The position numbers and the translations under genes are program-made. Positions 45,438 to 55,137 of a stretch of DNA of 64,000 nucleotides are shown here, piece by piece; within the stretch, counting starts at the first letter, position 1, and each line of letters begins with the position of its first letter. Source of the stretch: Candidatus Aegiribacteria sp. (GTDB lineage Bacteria; Fermentibacterota; Fermentibacteria; Fermentibacterales; JCC-6); assembly GCA_030600545.1 (NCBI GenBank), contig JAUVLV010000005.1, forward strand, positions 118 to 64,117, written 5' to 3'. The notes under the pieces are model-generated. The model was not told the origin of the DNA and made no database searches. It saw only the letters and a list, made by a program, of their open reading frames with translations.

Positions 45438-46661
45438 CTATAAGCTTTTACGTATTGCTTCAGCCGGGTTCAGCCTGCCGGCGTGGATCCCCGGACAAAT
45501 TCCTGCAGCCGTTGTAAGAATCAGAGTGAAGAGAGGATATATCCATACCCGGCTGAGCTTGAGTATTGGATATAGCGGTTTGTTAAATACAACACCTGAT
45601 ACATCGAACTCGCCGAAGTTTATCCCTGTTCTTGAGGTTATCCATATTATCAGCAGACCAATTATGCTTCCTGTCAGTGTACTGATCACCGCGATCCAGA
45701 AAGCCTCAAGAATAACCATGGCGTTTATTGTTCCTGCTCTGGTTCCTACAGCCTTCATAACCCCGAATTCGTACATTCTCTCAAATATTGACATGAATAG
45801 GGAATTAACTATTCCGAAAACAACAAGAGCAAAAAGAATCATGGCAGTTATTGCCATGCCCAGATCAACCATGTTGAGCATTGTGCTGACCTGTGGTGCT
45901 AGTTCCGGCCATCCGAGGGCGCTGTTTCTAAAAACAGAGAATTTACTCCAGAATCCAAGAGTGGTATCAGCCCCCATCTCCGATTCTGCGAATCTCACTG
46001 CTATTTCATGAATACTCCCCGGTATGCCGAGCATTCTGCCTGCCGTGTTCAGGTTAATAAAAGCGGAATATCGATCAAGGTCATCGCTGCCGAAACGGCA
46101 TATACCTGACACAAAGAACATATTGCTCGATAGTCCGCTGTCAGCCTGGGCAGCAGTGATAACGATTACATCACCAGGGGCGGCGTTCAGATCATCCGCC
46201 AGTTTGTATCCGATAATGAGTTCGGTGCTGTCTCCGCTCAGGTAAGAACCCGAATCGATGGCAGCTTCCAGCATTGTCACTGCAGGATCGGTTTCACTGT
46301 CAACGCCGATGAGGGTGACTGGCTTCAGTTCCGTAGTTGATGTTGCCGATGCAGGGGACAGAATCCGCGGGGTGCAGGCGCTTACTGTTGAATCCTGTCC
46401 GAGCATGAATAGAACCGAATCTGGCCTCTCAACAGTAAGGTCAATCCTCTTTGTGTCCAGAAAACCGTCACGATGGATCTGGGCATCTCCCATCCAGGAT
46501 TCAGTCGTTGTCTGTATCATATGCTCGCTCATGCCCTGCATAAGAGCTTCGTAAAAGATCATTGAACCAAGACCCATACCAACGGCAAGACCGGTTATCA
46601 CAGTTCTCCTGCCATTCCTCCAGATGCTTCTCCAGGCGAACTTCACAAGCCTGCAGAACAT
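45438..46661 (-). CDS. FtsX-family ABC permease (MacB/LolC/E-like)
   Basis: N-terminal TM, a large periplasmic domain, then 3 TM segments. FGVMKAVGTRAG and a C-terminal AGRLNPAEAIR. Confidence 0.85.
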   Translation of the reverse strand: MFCRLVKFAWRSIWRNGRRTVITGLAVGMGLGSMIFYEALMQGMSEHMIQTTTESWMGDAQIHRDGFLDTKRIDLTVERPDSVLFMLGQDSTVSACTPRILSPASATSTTELKPVTLIGVDSETDPAVTMLEAAIDSGSYLSGDSTELIIGYKLADDLNAAPGDVIVITAAQADSGLSSNMFFVSGICRFGSDDLDRYSAFINLNTAGRMLGIPGSIHEIAVRFAESEMGADTTLGFWSKFSVFRNSALGWPELAPQVSTMLNMVDLGMAITAMILFALVVFGIVNSLFMSIFERMYEFGVMKAVGTRAGTINAMVILEAFWIAVISTLTGSIIGLLIIWITSRTGINFGEFDVSGVVFNKPLYPILKLSRVWIYPLFTLILTTAAGICPGIHAGRLNPAEAIRKSL

Positions 46662-46662
46662 G

Positions 46663-47928
46663 CTATACCGTCCTCAGAGATTTAGCGGCTTTAGTATGGG
46701 CAGCCTTGAGCGCCGGAAGGAAGCTTACCGTTGAAGCGGTAATGATCACGCATATGGCAGGGATCCAGTAACAGTCCGGAGATATTGAGGCGATCATCTC
46801 GCTGAAGACTGTGCCTCCGTAATTAATTGGCGGGTCAAGGACCAGACCATGTTTCGAAAGGAAAAGAAGCCCTCCTGTACTCAGTATGCTGCCGGCGATT
46901 ATGCTGATAATTCCCATGATATTGGCTTCCAGGACTATCATCCTTACGATGAACCCGGGTTTAGTCCCGAGGGCTTTCATCACACCGAATTCCCGCCTCC
47001 GCTCGAGGACCATCATAAGAATTGTGTTGAGAACTCCCATTGCGGCTACAAACATTATTATGAAAATCATTACCTTAAGGCTTGATTCATCGGCCTTCAT
47101 CCCGTTATAGAATTCCTTCGCGAAAGTTTTCCAGGAATCGGTTTCAACATCTCTTCCCGATAACCTTGCGGATATATCTTCCGTAAGATCATCGACTGTG
47201 CCCAGCGAATTGGTCATTACGGCCAGTTCGTGCACCTTCCCCGATAGGGCGAACATGATACGGGCATCGGCCAGCGTAATGTAACAGGTGTTTCTGTCGA
47301 TATCGGCATTACCGGTGCTTACAATGCCCTGGATTACATACTTCCTGTCCGCGCTTGCGCCGTCAGCTGCCTGTGAAAGCATGATGAGGGAGTCTCCTGC
47401 TGAGGCATCAAGAATAATAGACAGTTCCTGTCCGAGTATGATCTGACCGGTGGCGTAGTAGAATGAATCCGCTGCGGAAGCTGTCAGCATCCCTCCGCTT
47501 ACGATATTACTCGAGAAATCCGTGGCTGCATCCTCCATTGAAGGGTCCAATCCGATCACCGACGCTGCCGCCGAGTTGGAGAACACGTTTCCGGACTCAG
47601 CGTCACCTGACCTGACTGCAAGAAGAGCTCCGGAATAGATCCTGGGTGCCCATGTTCTGACACCGGGCAAGGAATCCAGAACAGCTCCAATTGACTGGTA
47701 ATCGCTGATCGTTGAATAGATGGATGGATCTTCGAGATAGCCGCTGTGGTGTATCTGGATCTGACCAGTCCTGCCGTTCGTGAAGAACATGATAATGCTG
47801 CCATACGAGCCGTTCATCCACCCGATGGAAATGGAGGAGAGGAAAAAACCGCCGGTCATGGTCAGAAGAGTTAAAATCGTTCTTCTTTTCTGCCGGAACA
47901 CGTTCCGCCAGGCCAGTTTTAAAAGCAT
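46663..47928 (-). CDS. FtsX-family ABC permease (second subunit)
   Basis: MLLKLAWRNVFRQKRRT, FGVMKALGTKPG, and LPALKAAHTKAAKSLR. ATG at 47928 lies 1 nt after the upstream stop. Confidence 0.85.
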   Translation of the reverse strand: MLLKLAWRNVFRQKRRTILTLLTMTGGFFLSSISIGWMNGSYGSIIMFFTNGRTGQIQIHHSGYLEDPSIYSTISDYQSIGAVLDSLPGVRTWAPRIYSGALLAVRSGDAESGNVFSNSAAASVIGLDPSMEDAATDFSSNIVSGGMLTASAADSFYYATGQIILGQELSIILDASAGDSLIMLSQAADGASADRKYVIQGIVSTGNADIDRNTCYITLADARIMFALSGKVHELAVMTNSLGTVDDLTEDISARLSGRDVETDSWKTFAKEFYNGMKADESSLKVMIFIIMFVAAMGVLNTILMMVLERRREFGVMKALGTKPGFIVRMIVLEANIMGIISIIAGSILSTGGLLFLSKHGLVLDPPINYGGTVFSEMIASISPDCYWIPAICVIITASTVSFLPALKAAHTKAAKSLRTV

Positions 47929-47929
47929 A

Positions 47930-48700
47930 TCACCGGGACTGAAGGTTTCTGAGGGAAAAGATATTTTCGTCCACACCCTGGTTGAATTCAGCGTTAGACC
48001 AGGTTATGGTTGTGCTCTGATCTTCATTATAAGCGGGGATTACCTGCATCTGCGAAGGTATTGTTCTGCAGCCCATTTCCTGTACATCGGAGTAGGTGAC
48101 AGTTTTAATCAGGCTGTCGTGACTGTCGAAGTACTTTTCCCAGAGGGGAATTGTGTCAGAAATACTGACTGCGCAGACGATGCTGGACCATACCACTGCG
48201 GTGGATGATTTCGGAACCAGTCTGACGTATACAACCCCCTCCGCAGTATCACCTGTAAGATCAGTATCGGTTGTGTACGAGTAAGTGTAATCCTCCGCGT
48301 AGGTGATTTCTCTGACTATATCGTTATTAGTGATGTCCGAACCCATCCACGAGCCTGCCATCATCGAGGGTGGTACTCTGACTGTGCTGTTGGTATTAGG
48401 AAGGTAATTCCACATTTCGGTACCGATTCTGAGGGTTGCCATTCCGGCTTCCCTTACGGGGGATAGTACCCTGATGAAGGTATTGTCCGTTCCATGGGAC
48501 CAGGCATTCATTGTAAGTGTTCGTTCCCAGTGTTCCGTTACGATGTGCATCGACATCTCAGTGTAACTGTCGTCGCTTCTGTAAAGCCGGTCCAGAGAAT
48601 GTACAAGGTCGTCTATATCAGGCTGGGAACAGGCTGTGGAAATGAAACCGGGAATGCATATCATGGTAAAGATTATTGTCAGATATTTCATTCTTCTCAC
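47930..48700 (-). CDS. LolA-like outer-membrane lipoprotein-sorting-type protein
   Basis: Signal peptide with Cys (FISTACS). ..TMNAWSHGTDNTFIRVLSPVREAGMATLRIGTEMWNYLPNTN..VRVPPSMMAGSWMGSDITNNDI resembles the LolA_like pattern. GTGA overlap with the TetR gene. Confidence 0.6.
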   Translation of the reverse strand: MRRMKYLTIIFTMICIPGFISTACSQPDIDDLVHSLDRLYRSDDSYTEMSMHIVTEHWERTLTMNAWSHGTDNTFIRVLSPVREAGMATLRIGTEMWNYLPNTNSTVRVPPSMMAGSWMGSDITNNDIVREITYAEDYTYSYTTDTDLTGDTAEGVVYVRLVPKSSTAVVWSSIVCAVSISDTIPLWEKYFDSHDSLIKTVTYSDVQEMGCRTIPSQMQVIPAYNEDQSTTITWSNAEFNQGVDENIFSLRNLQSR

Positions 48701-49308
48701 CGTTCAGGCGCAAGTCCACTGAAAAGAACCTCAAGCATTTTCTCAAGGGATTCCATTAACTGTTCTGAAGTTCTTTTCTCATCCGCTGCATACCACATGA
48801 GCGCGGTACTGACTGTTCCATATATCACCATTGACGCATGTTCGATATCCGCATCGGAAGTAAGCATATGGTTTTCTTTCAATTCCAGCAGCACTCTGTT
48901 AAGTCCGTTTAAAAGAGTCAGATCCCGCCTGATAAGGCCGTTGCTCAATGTAGTATCAATGCTCCATGCTTCTCTCATCAATTCGCGAATAAGCCGTTTC
49001 GGATACATTGACAGACTTTCCATAAAAGTATCTACATATTGCAACACACCTTCAATTCCCGTGCAGGATTCAGGGAGCTGAAATTTCTCGTACAGAGCCT
49101 CTGATGTATCATCGGCGGTAATGGCCAGAATTATTGCGCTTTTCGATTCGAAATAATTATATACCGTCCCCACTGCGACCTCAGCCTTCTCTGCTATAGC
49201 TTCTATTGTTGTTCCATCGAAGCCTCGGCTGAAGAACATGTTCCTTGCCGCTTTCAGTATAGATTTTCGCGAGCGATCCTTTTTGATTTCTCTCAGTCCC
49301 ATGAACAA
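48697..49308 (-). CDS. TetR-family transcriptional regulator (probable ATG at 49302)
   Basis: ILKAARNMFFSRGFDGTTIEAIAEKAEVAVGTVYNYFESKSAI. GGGGGG lies upstream of the ATG at 49302. Confidence 0.85.
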   Translation of the reverse strand: MFMGLREIKKDRSRKSILKAARNMFFSRGFDGTTIEAIAEKAEVAVGTVYNYFESKSAIILAITADDTSEALYEKFQLPESCTGIEGVLQYVDTFMESLSMYPKRLIRELMREAWSIDTTLSNGLIRRDLTLLNGLNRVLLELKENHMLTSDADIEHASMVIYGTVSTALMWYAADEKRTSEQLMESLEKMLEVLFSGLAPER

Positions 49309-49318
49309 CCCCCCAAAA

Positions 49319-49347
49319 TGAATATATTCATAAATATAATATATTCA
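49319..49347. promoter_or_regulatory. Candidate TetR operator: perfect 12-bp palindrome plus a 17-nt-spaced second half-copy
   Basis: TGAATATATTCA (49319-49330) is self-complementary. ATAATATATTCA (49336-49347) repeats AATATATTCA with a 17-nt period. The sites start 11 nt upstream of the TetR TTG (49308). Confidence 0.4.
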
Positions 49348-49418
49348 CGAAATGTCAATCCTGCTTTAAGAATCCGGCATTAACCAGCAACAATTTAACT
49401 GAAGGAATCTGCTAATTT

Positions 49419-50717
49419 CTATTGCGCCATAATTGAATCAAGGAATTTCCCAACACGCTTCATTATGAGTTTTCCATCGAAGACCTTCGCTATACCTTCA
49501 AAATCCGAAGTATGTTTAAGAGTATTATTCTGCCAATCGGAGAGAATCTGACGGATGACTCTGGCGATACTCATTGTATCAGGCTCAGCTGTGTAACCCG
49601 CGTGGAAGTTTTTCACATAACCTGTCATGGTGCCTTCAGGCGCTACAGCGAAAATCGGCTTGCCGGATCTCAGGTATTCCGCGGTTTTTGATGAGTTCTT
49701 AACTTCACTTCCCCGAAGCGGTGAAAGGCATGCCAGCAATACATCAGATTCGATCTGATACTTCATTACATCGGAGAATGGCACAACACCTTTCATTATC
49801 AGATTGCTGCTGATGCCGTACTCTTCAGGAAGGTGTCTGAATCTGGGGGCAAGACTTCCAATAAGCTGAAGCTTCAGAGGAGCATCAGGCCAGTCTTTCA
49901 GAAAATTTCTGAGCCCGGCAAAAATGTACTTCGGACTATGTTCCCCCCAGAAATTCCCTGTGAATGTTAAGAGCAAATAATCCCTGTCTGTATAATCGTT
50001 GCTCTCGGGAATTACTGTTTCAGGATCGTATCCATTGTCAAGCGTTTCGACAGGGGGGCAGTTATTACCGTATTCTTTGCGGAAATAGTTCCCCGATTCG
50101 GGTGTTGACGCCAGAATCCCATCAGCATGCTTTACTATGAGACCTTCCAATGCTTTTTCAAGGTGAAAGTTGAATTTACTGTCCCAGATAGAGTTGGAAT
50201 CATAGATCCATAGGTCGCCGAAATAAGCTACATGAGGAATGCCAGCCAATCTGCTGAGAATCCGGGCAAGGATGTGTGTTGAATGATGCGGGCCATGCGA
50301 GATAATAAGATCAGCCTGTTCTCGTTCTATCAATGCGGCTCCGGCAGGAATGAGAGTCGGTAGCCAGGTAATAACTCTGTCCGGTATGAGAAGGTAGTTG
50401 TGAATAAGGCGCTTAAAAAATCCTTTGTTTTCCGATATCCGGGTATCTGCAATTGGCTGTGCTTTCCCCTTTCCTCCCCTTAGACGTGACAGGATCTGCA
50501 TGGGATCGGGGTGGATTACCTTTGTGACTTTTAGGTTATCGGGGAGCCTGTCCCGCAAAGACGGATCCATCGGCATTATACCGCTCGGATTGCTTGCTGT
50601 AAGAGGAAGCACTTCCCATCCGGAGGAAGGCAGGTATTTGACCATGTTCATTATTACTGGCGTAGCTCCGCTTGTCTGCGGCGGGAATGTATATGTCAGA
50701 AGAACTACCTTGCGCAT
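49419..50717 (-). CDS. GT-B-fold glycosyltransferase (GT4-like)
   Basis: MRKVVLLTYTFPPQTSGATPV N-terminus and a C-terminal SKTAEYLRSGKPIFAV. The upstream part of the track ORF (to 50837) lacks homology-like features. Confidence 0.65.
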   Translation of the reverse strand: MRKVVLLTYTFPPQTSGATPVIMNMVKYLPSSGWEVLPLTASNPSGIMPMDPSLRDRLPDNLKVTKVIHPDPMQILSRLRGGKGKAQPIADTRISENKGFFKRLIHNYLLIPDRVITWLPTLIPAGAALIEREQADLIISHGPHHSTHILARILSRLAGIPHVAYFGDLWIYDSNSIWDSKFNFHLEKALEGLIVKHADGILASTPESGNYFRKEYGNNCPPVETLDNGYDPETVIPESNDYTDRDYLLLTFTGNFWGEHSPKYIFAGLRNFLKDWPDAPLKLQLIGSLAPRFRHLPEEYGISSNLIMKGVVPFSDVMKYQIESDVLLACLSPLRGSEVKNSSKTAEYLRSGKPIFAVAPEGTMTGYVKNFHAGYTAEPDTMSIARVIRQILSDWQNNTLKHTSDFEGIAKVFDGKLIMKRVGKFLDSIMAQ

Positions 50718-51025
50718 TTTTTCCAGAAGCCTCCTTATTCTATCAAGCCTTACAGTTTCAAGTTCCGAAATATGGATTGGTGTATTCCATGAAACAGTAA
50801 AGGTATACCTGATTTCCAGACAGCTGCAATATAGCAAATAGATTATTGTAATCCAGCGCAGTCGGCAAGAGACTCGCCGTACATTTCAGGATCATGTTAG
50901 ATTTGTAAGTTGGAACCTGCAGAAAAGATGCTGTTTTGCATCACCTCTGCTGTAGTGCTGGAATACTCAGTGTTATGGTCATAGCCGGTGGAAATGCATA
51001 CAAAGATAACTATACTTGACCTACC

Positions 51026-51979
51026 ATGGAAGAAAATATGAAAGTAAGCGTTGTCATACCAGTTTATAATGCAGAGCAATTTGTGAGAAGCGCTGTTGTG
51101 TCCGCTCTCGATCAGTTTGAAACAGCTGAGGTAATACTCGCTGAGGATAACTCAAATGATGACAGTTTAAATGTATGCAGATCCCTGGAAGCTGAATACA
51201 GCCGTGTATTGCTGGTCTGCCATCCTGATGGAAAAAATCACGGGGCGGGAGCGACGCGTAATCTGGGTGTGAGAAATGCAACCATGGAATACGTGGCTTT
51301 CCTTGATGCTGACGATCTTTATCTGACTGATCGATTCAGGGTTGCTGAAGAGTTTTTCGTCAGATATGAAAATATTGATGGAGTATATGAGGCCATAGGT
51401 GTATTCTTTGAGGATAAGGAAGCTGAGAATAAATGGATCTCTTACGGCGAAGACGATATTACAACTTTATCGGAACGTGTTTGTCCGGAGAAACTGTTCG
51501 ATGTGCTTATGAAAGGTGGAAAAGGGACATTTCACCTTGATGGACTTACGGTAAAGAAAGGCATATTCGAGAAGTGTGGCTTTTTCTTTGAGAATCTCAA
51601 ATTGCATCAGGATACAGCCATGAATTTTCAGATGGCTCAGTTTGGAAGGTTGTATCCGGGCAGACTTGATACGCCGGTTGCCCTCCGGAGGGTTCACAGC
51701 GGCAACAGGTTTGTATCAGATTATAACCGATATCTCACGAGCAGCCTCATGTGGAAGACTCTCTTTAAATGGGCACTTAAAAATAAAGTGCAGAATAACA
51801 GGATGACTGCGATTTTTCTGAACCACCTGTATTTCATATACTGCAATGTTATTGACAGACATTCTGAGAAGAGAATAAATATTCAGGAATTGTGGAAACT
51901 TATTCTTGAACCACTAAAGCATCCGATTCTGTTTATCAGAGTGCTCATTGAGCATTTCAGAAGAAAGATCAGCTGTTAA
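51026..51979 (+). CDS. Family 2 glycosyltransferase
   Basis: VSVVIPVYNAEQFV, ILAEDNSNDDS, and FLDADDL. Confidence 0.8.
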   Translation: MEENMKVSVVIPVYNAEQFVRSAVVSALDQFETAEVILAEDNSNDDSLNVCRSLEAEYSRVLLVCHPDGKNHGAGATRNLGVRNATMEYVAFLDADDLYLTDRFRVAEEFFVRYENIDGVYEAIGVFFEDKEAENKWISYGEDDITTLSERVCPEKLFDVLMKGGKGTFHLDGLTVKKGIFEKCGFFFENLKLHQDTAMNFQMAQFGRLYPGRLDTPVALRRVHSGNRFVSDYNRYLTSSLMWKTLFKWALKNKVQNNRMTAIFLNHLYFIYCNVIDRHSEKRINIQELWKLILEPLKHPILFIRVLIEHFRRKISC

Positions 51980-52117
51980 TAATCACGCGTTTGTTAAATT
52001 TAACATACTATGACAGCATAACCTTGCCGGCAGTATACTTGTTATTCAGTAAGTAAGCATTCAGGAAATCACGGCAAATGAAAGGAAATATTTATTCCCG
52101 CCAGAATTGTCTTCGTA

Positions 52118-53173
52118 ATGCTCGGCAAGAAGGATTTCCATTCGGGGGGTTACGGTTTCAACTTCAAAATGGTGGAATACCTCAGGTCTCATGGTGTTGA
52201 AGTGGATATAATTCACTTTACAACGGTTCCCCGGGGACTTCCCTTGAGATGGTTCAAAGCATCGAGGTATATCTGTGGAAAAATCCGGAGAGAAAAACCT
52301 GATCTTGTAATCGTAAGCAAGAGTTATCAGTACGTACCATTGCTCCGTATAATGAGTACGTTCATGGGTACTCCGGTGATCTACCTCATGCATCATCTGG
52401 AATGGATGGACGTAAGGAATAAATTCAAAGCTTCTCTGTATAGAACGTATGTGAGATGGCTGCTTGGAATGGCGGACTTTCTCTGGGTTAACAGCAGGAA
52501 TACGGAAGAAGCCATGGAAGATATCGGAATTAACAGGAACTTTATCTGTCTTATCAATCCGGGTTTTGACAAAAACCATACATCTCTTCCTGATCGTTCC
52601 AGCCGAGAAGGCCCTGCAAGGTTGCTCTGCGTTGGCAGTATTTCTCCAAGAAAGGCGCAGAATGTTCTGGTTAAGGCATGTACTTATCTTGACAGGGGAA
52701 GCTACGAAATGGAATTTGCTGGAAGTGTTGAATCTGACGAAGAATACACTGTGAGCGTGAAGGATCTGATAAAGGAGAATAACCTATCCGATTCCATCCA
52801 AATATCAGGGGAGCTTTCAAGCGAAGATCTTGTCAAAGCGTACATGAATGCCGATATACTTGTTCATCCATCCATCTGGGAAGCTTTCGGCATGTCCATT
52901 CTAGAGGGGATGTGGTACGGGCTGCCCGTAATCGCTTCGGATATCGCAGCCATACCCGAACTGGTTCACCATGGGGAAAATGGTCTACTTACACCCCCGA
53001 GAAATGTTGAGGAACTTTCGGGCGCGATGAAAAAGCTTATCAGAAACAGGGAATTAAGGCTGCATATGGGAGAAAAAAGCCGTATGTTCGCCGAAAGAAT
53101 GAACGACTGGAATGATACCGGGAAGGAATTCATGGAGCTTGTTATTAAAGCGGCGGCGGGGCAGAAACAGTGA
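52118..53173 (+). CDS. Family 4 (group 1) glycosyltransferase; true start possibly 52078 with a frame break
   Basis: VGSISPRKAQNVLV and EAFGMSILEGMWYGLPVIASDIAAIPELVHHGENGLL. The open frame continues upstream as KEIFIPARIVFV with no start codon. Confidence 0.85.
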   Translation: MLGKKDFHSGGYGFNFKMVEYLRSHGVEVDIIHFTTVPRGLPLRWFKASRYICGKIRREKPDLVIVSKSYQYVPLLRIMSTFMGTPVIYLMHHLEWMDVRNKFKASLYRTYVRWLLGMADFLWVNSRNTEEAMEDIGINRNFICLINPGFDKNHTSLPDRSSREGPARLLCVGSISPRKAQNVLVKACTYLDRGSYEMEFAGSVESDEEYTVSVKDLIKENNLSDSIQISGELSSEDLVKAYMNADILVHPSIWEAFGMSILEGMWYGLPVIASDIAAIPELVHHGENGLLTPPRNVEELSGAMKKLIRNRELRLHMGEKSRMFAERMNDWNDTGKEFMELVIKAAAGQKQ

Positions 53174-54360
53174 GTAATCTTTGCGTTATGAAATTCGGCG
53201 GAACATGCCTTGCGACCGAAGAGGACAGGCGGAAGTCAGTAGATTTTTGTATTAAGGAACTTGAATCGTACTGCAATGCTGTTATTGTTGTTTCCGCGAT
53301 GGGCAGAACAGGGGATCCCTACTCAACGGATTCATTGCTGGAACTTGTATCATCCCCGGTTCCCCTTGAAAAATCCTGTCTGATGGCCTGTGGAGAAATA
53401 ATATCCGCAGCTGTTTTTGCCGACATGCTCCGTCAGAAGGGAATCTCCGCGAAGGCGGTAACCGGCTGGAACGCGGGGCTGCGTACCGATGAGCAGCATT
53501 GTGGTGCCGATCTGGAATCGGTCGAAAAGGAATATCTTCAGGCATCCCTCAAAGAGAACGATTGCGTAGTTGTGGCAGGATTCCAGGGAATGAGCAGCAA
53601 AGGAACGATATCCACGCTCAGAAGAGGAGGCAGCGATATTACAGCAACAGCGATAGCAGCGGCCCTGAATGCAGATGAGTTGATGCTCTTCAAGAAGATC
53701 GATTCTGTTTATACCGCCGACCCTGAAAGGGTTCCGGGAGCCCTGAAGGTAGACAGAATAAGTGCGGAGGACATCAGGCAACTGGCATGGCAGGGGGCGA
53801 AGGTTGTGCATCCGCGAGCCTCTGAGATCGCAGGCGATGCCGGAATCAGAATCAGCGTCAAATCTCATCGTACCGGCGAACCGGTTACAGAGATAGAACC
53901 TTTTGTACTCAGAAGCGGAATGTACATAACCGGTGTGGCATCGGGATTTGATGCTGTGCAATTCAGAATCAGGACGGACAGTTGTGCTTCAATGCATGAA
54001 TTCTACTCACGTGCCTTCGGCCTTGTCGCGGATGCAGGTGTATCAATGGATATGTTCAGCGTTTTTGATAAAGCAGCCATGTTTACCGTTCCGATGGAGG
54101 ATGAACACAGGGTTTCGGAAGTACTTAGCGACAACGGAATAGACTACAGGACAATATCTCCCTGCGCAAAGGTTTCAATCGTTGGAGCTGGTATGCACGG
54201 GATTAAAGGTGTTATGGCCAGGTTCTCCTCCGCCCTTGATAAAGCAGGTATCGATATGCTCCAGTCGGTTGACTCGCACGCCACCATTTCAGCACTGGTT
54301 CTTCTGCAGCAGAGGGACGAAGCTCTCAGAGCTCTTCACAGGGAATTCCTTGAACAATGA
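53170..54360 (+). CDS. Aspartate kinase (monofunctional, DapG-like)
   Basis: VMKFGGTCL, VVSAMGRTGDPYSTDSLL, and RGGSDITATAIAAAL, with C-terminal ACT-like repeats. GTGA overlap with the upstream GT4. Confidence 0.85.
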   Translation: MSNLCVMKFGGTCLATEEDRRKSVDFCIKELESYCNAVIVVSAMGRTGDPYSTDSLLELVSSPVPLEKSCLMACGEIISAAVFADMLRQKGISAKAVTGWNAGLRTDEQHCGADLESVEKEYLQASLKENDCVVVAGFQGMSSKGTISTLRRGGSDITATAIAAALNADELMLFKKIDSVYTADPERVPGALKVDRISAEDIRQLAWQGAKVVHPRASEIAGDAGIRISVKSHRTGEPVTEIEPFVLRSGMYITGVASGFDAVQFRIRTDSCASMHEFYSRAFGLVADAGVSMDMFSVFDKAAMFTVPMEDEHRVSEVLSDNGIDYRTISPCAKVSIVGAGMHGIKGVMARFSSALDKAGIDMLQSVDSHATISALVLLQQRDEALRALHREFLEQ

Positions 54361-55136
54361 CATTTTTATCCGTTATCGTATTAGCCATTATTCAGGGACT
54401 TACAGAATTCCTGCCGATTTCCAGTTCAGGCCATTTAGCCCTTGCCGGAATGATCATGAAAGTCCCGGAGGGCGATATTACCTTTGAAATCGTGGTTCAT
54501 CTGGGTACGCTCATGGCGGTTCTGGCGGTTTACAGAAAAGATCTGGTGGAACTTGCAGCAGGAATTCTCAGGAAGAAGAGGGAATCGCTTGTCCTTGCAG
54601 GGCTGCTTCTCACTGGTTCGATTCCTGCCGGTGTGGCTGGATTTCTCCTTGCGGATTCCATTGAGAAAATCTTCGACAACCCTTTAATTGTTTCGGTAAT
54701 GCTGTTAGTAACTGGCTGTATTCTCTTCAGCACAAGGTTCGCGAAAAGGGGAAACAGGGATAATCCCACTCTCATCGGAAGTTTTATTGTAGGTATTTCT
54801 CAGGCAATGGCAATTATGCCGGGAATATCCCGTTCAGGATTCACCATTTCTACCGGCCTTTTTGCGGGGATAAAAAGGGAGAAGGCTGCCCGGTTCTCCT
54901 TTTTCCTTTCAATACCTGCCATTGCCGGGGCGGCAGTTCTTAAGCTGGGAGATGCCGGATCCAGCGGGATAGATACTTTCATGCTTATCACGGGGTTCGT
55001 TATTTCAGCGATTACCGGATACTTTGCCCTCATGATTCTGCTGAGATTCCTGCGAGCCGGAAAATTCTCTGTCTTTGCCTGGTACTGCTGGTTGCTGGGG
55101 CTTACCGGTTTGACTGTTGTCCTGATCGGAAGCTGA
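54357..55136 (+). CDS. uppP: Undecaprenyl-diphosphate phosphatase
   Basis: IIQGLTEFLPISSSGHL and MPGISRSGFTI. Confidence 0.9.
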   Translation: MTFLSVIVLAIIQGLTEFLPISSSGHLALAGMIMKVPEGDITFEIVVHLGTLMAVLAVYRKDLVELAAGILRKKRESLVLAGLLLTGSIPAGVAGFLLADSIEKIFDNPLIVSVMLLVTGCILFSTRFAKRGNRDNPTLIGSFIVGISQAMAIMPGISRSGFTISTGLFAGIKREKAARFSFFLSIPAIAGAAVLKLGDAGSSGIDTFMLITGFVISAITGYFALMILLRFLRAGKFSVFAWYCWLLGLTGLTVVLIGS

Positions 55137-55137
55137 A

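Noticed and set aside
45409-46011. 200-aa plus-strand ORF (similar cases: 48494-49081 and 53350-53961)
   Set aside because: These are shadow ORFs antisense to well-supported permease, LolA-like/TetR and aspartokinase genes.
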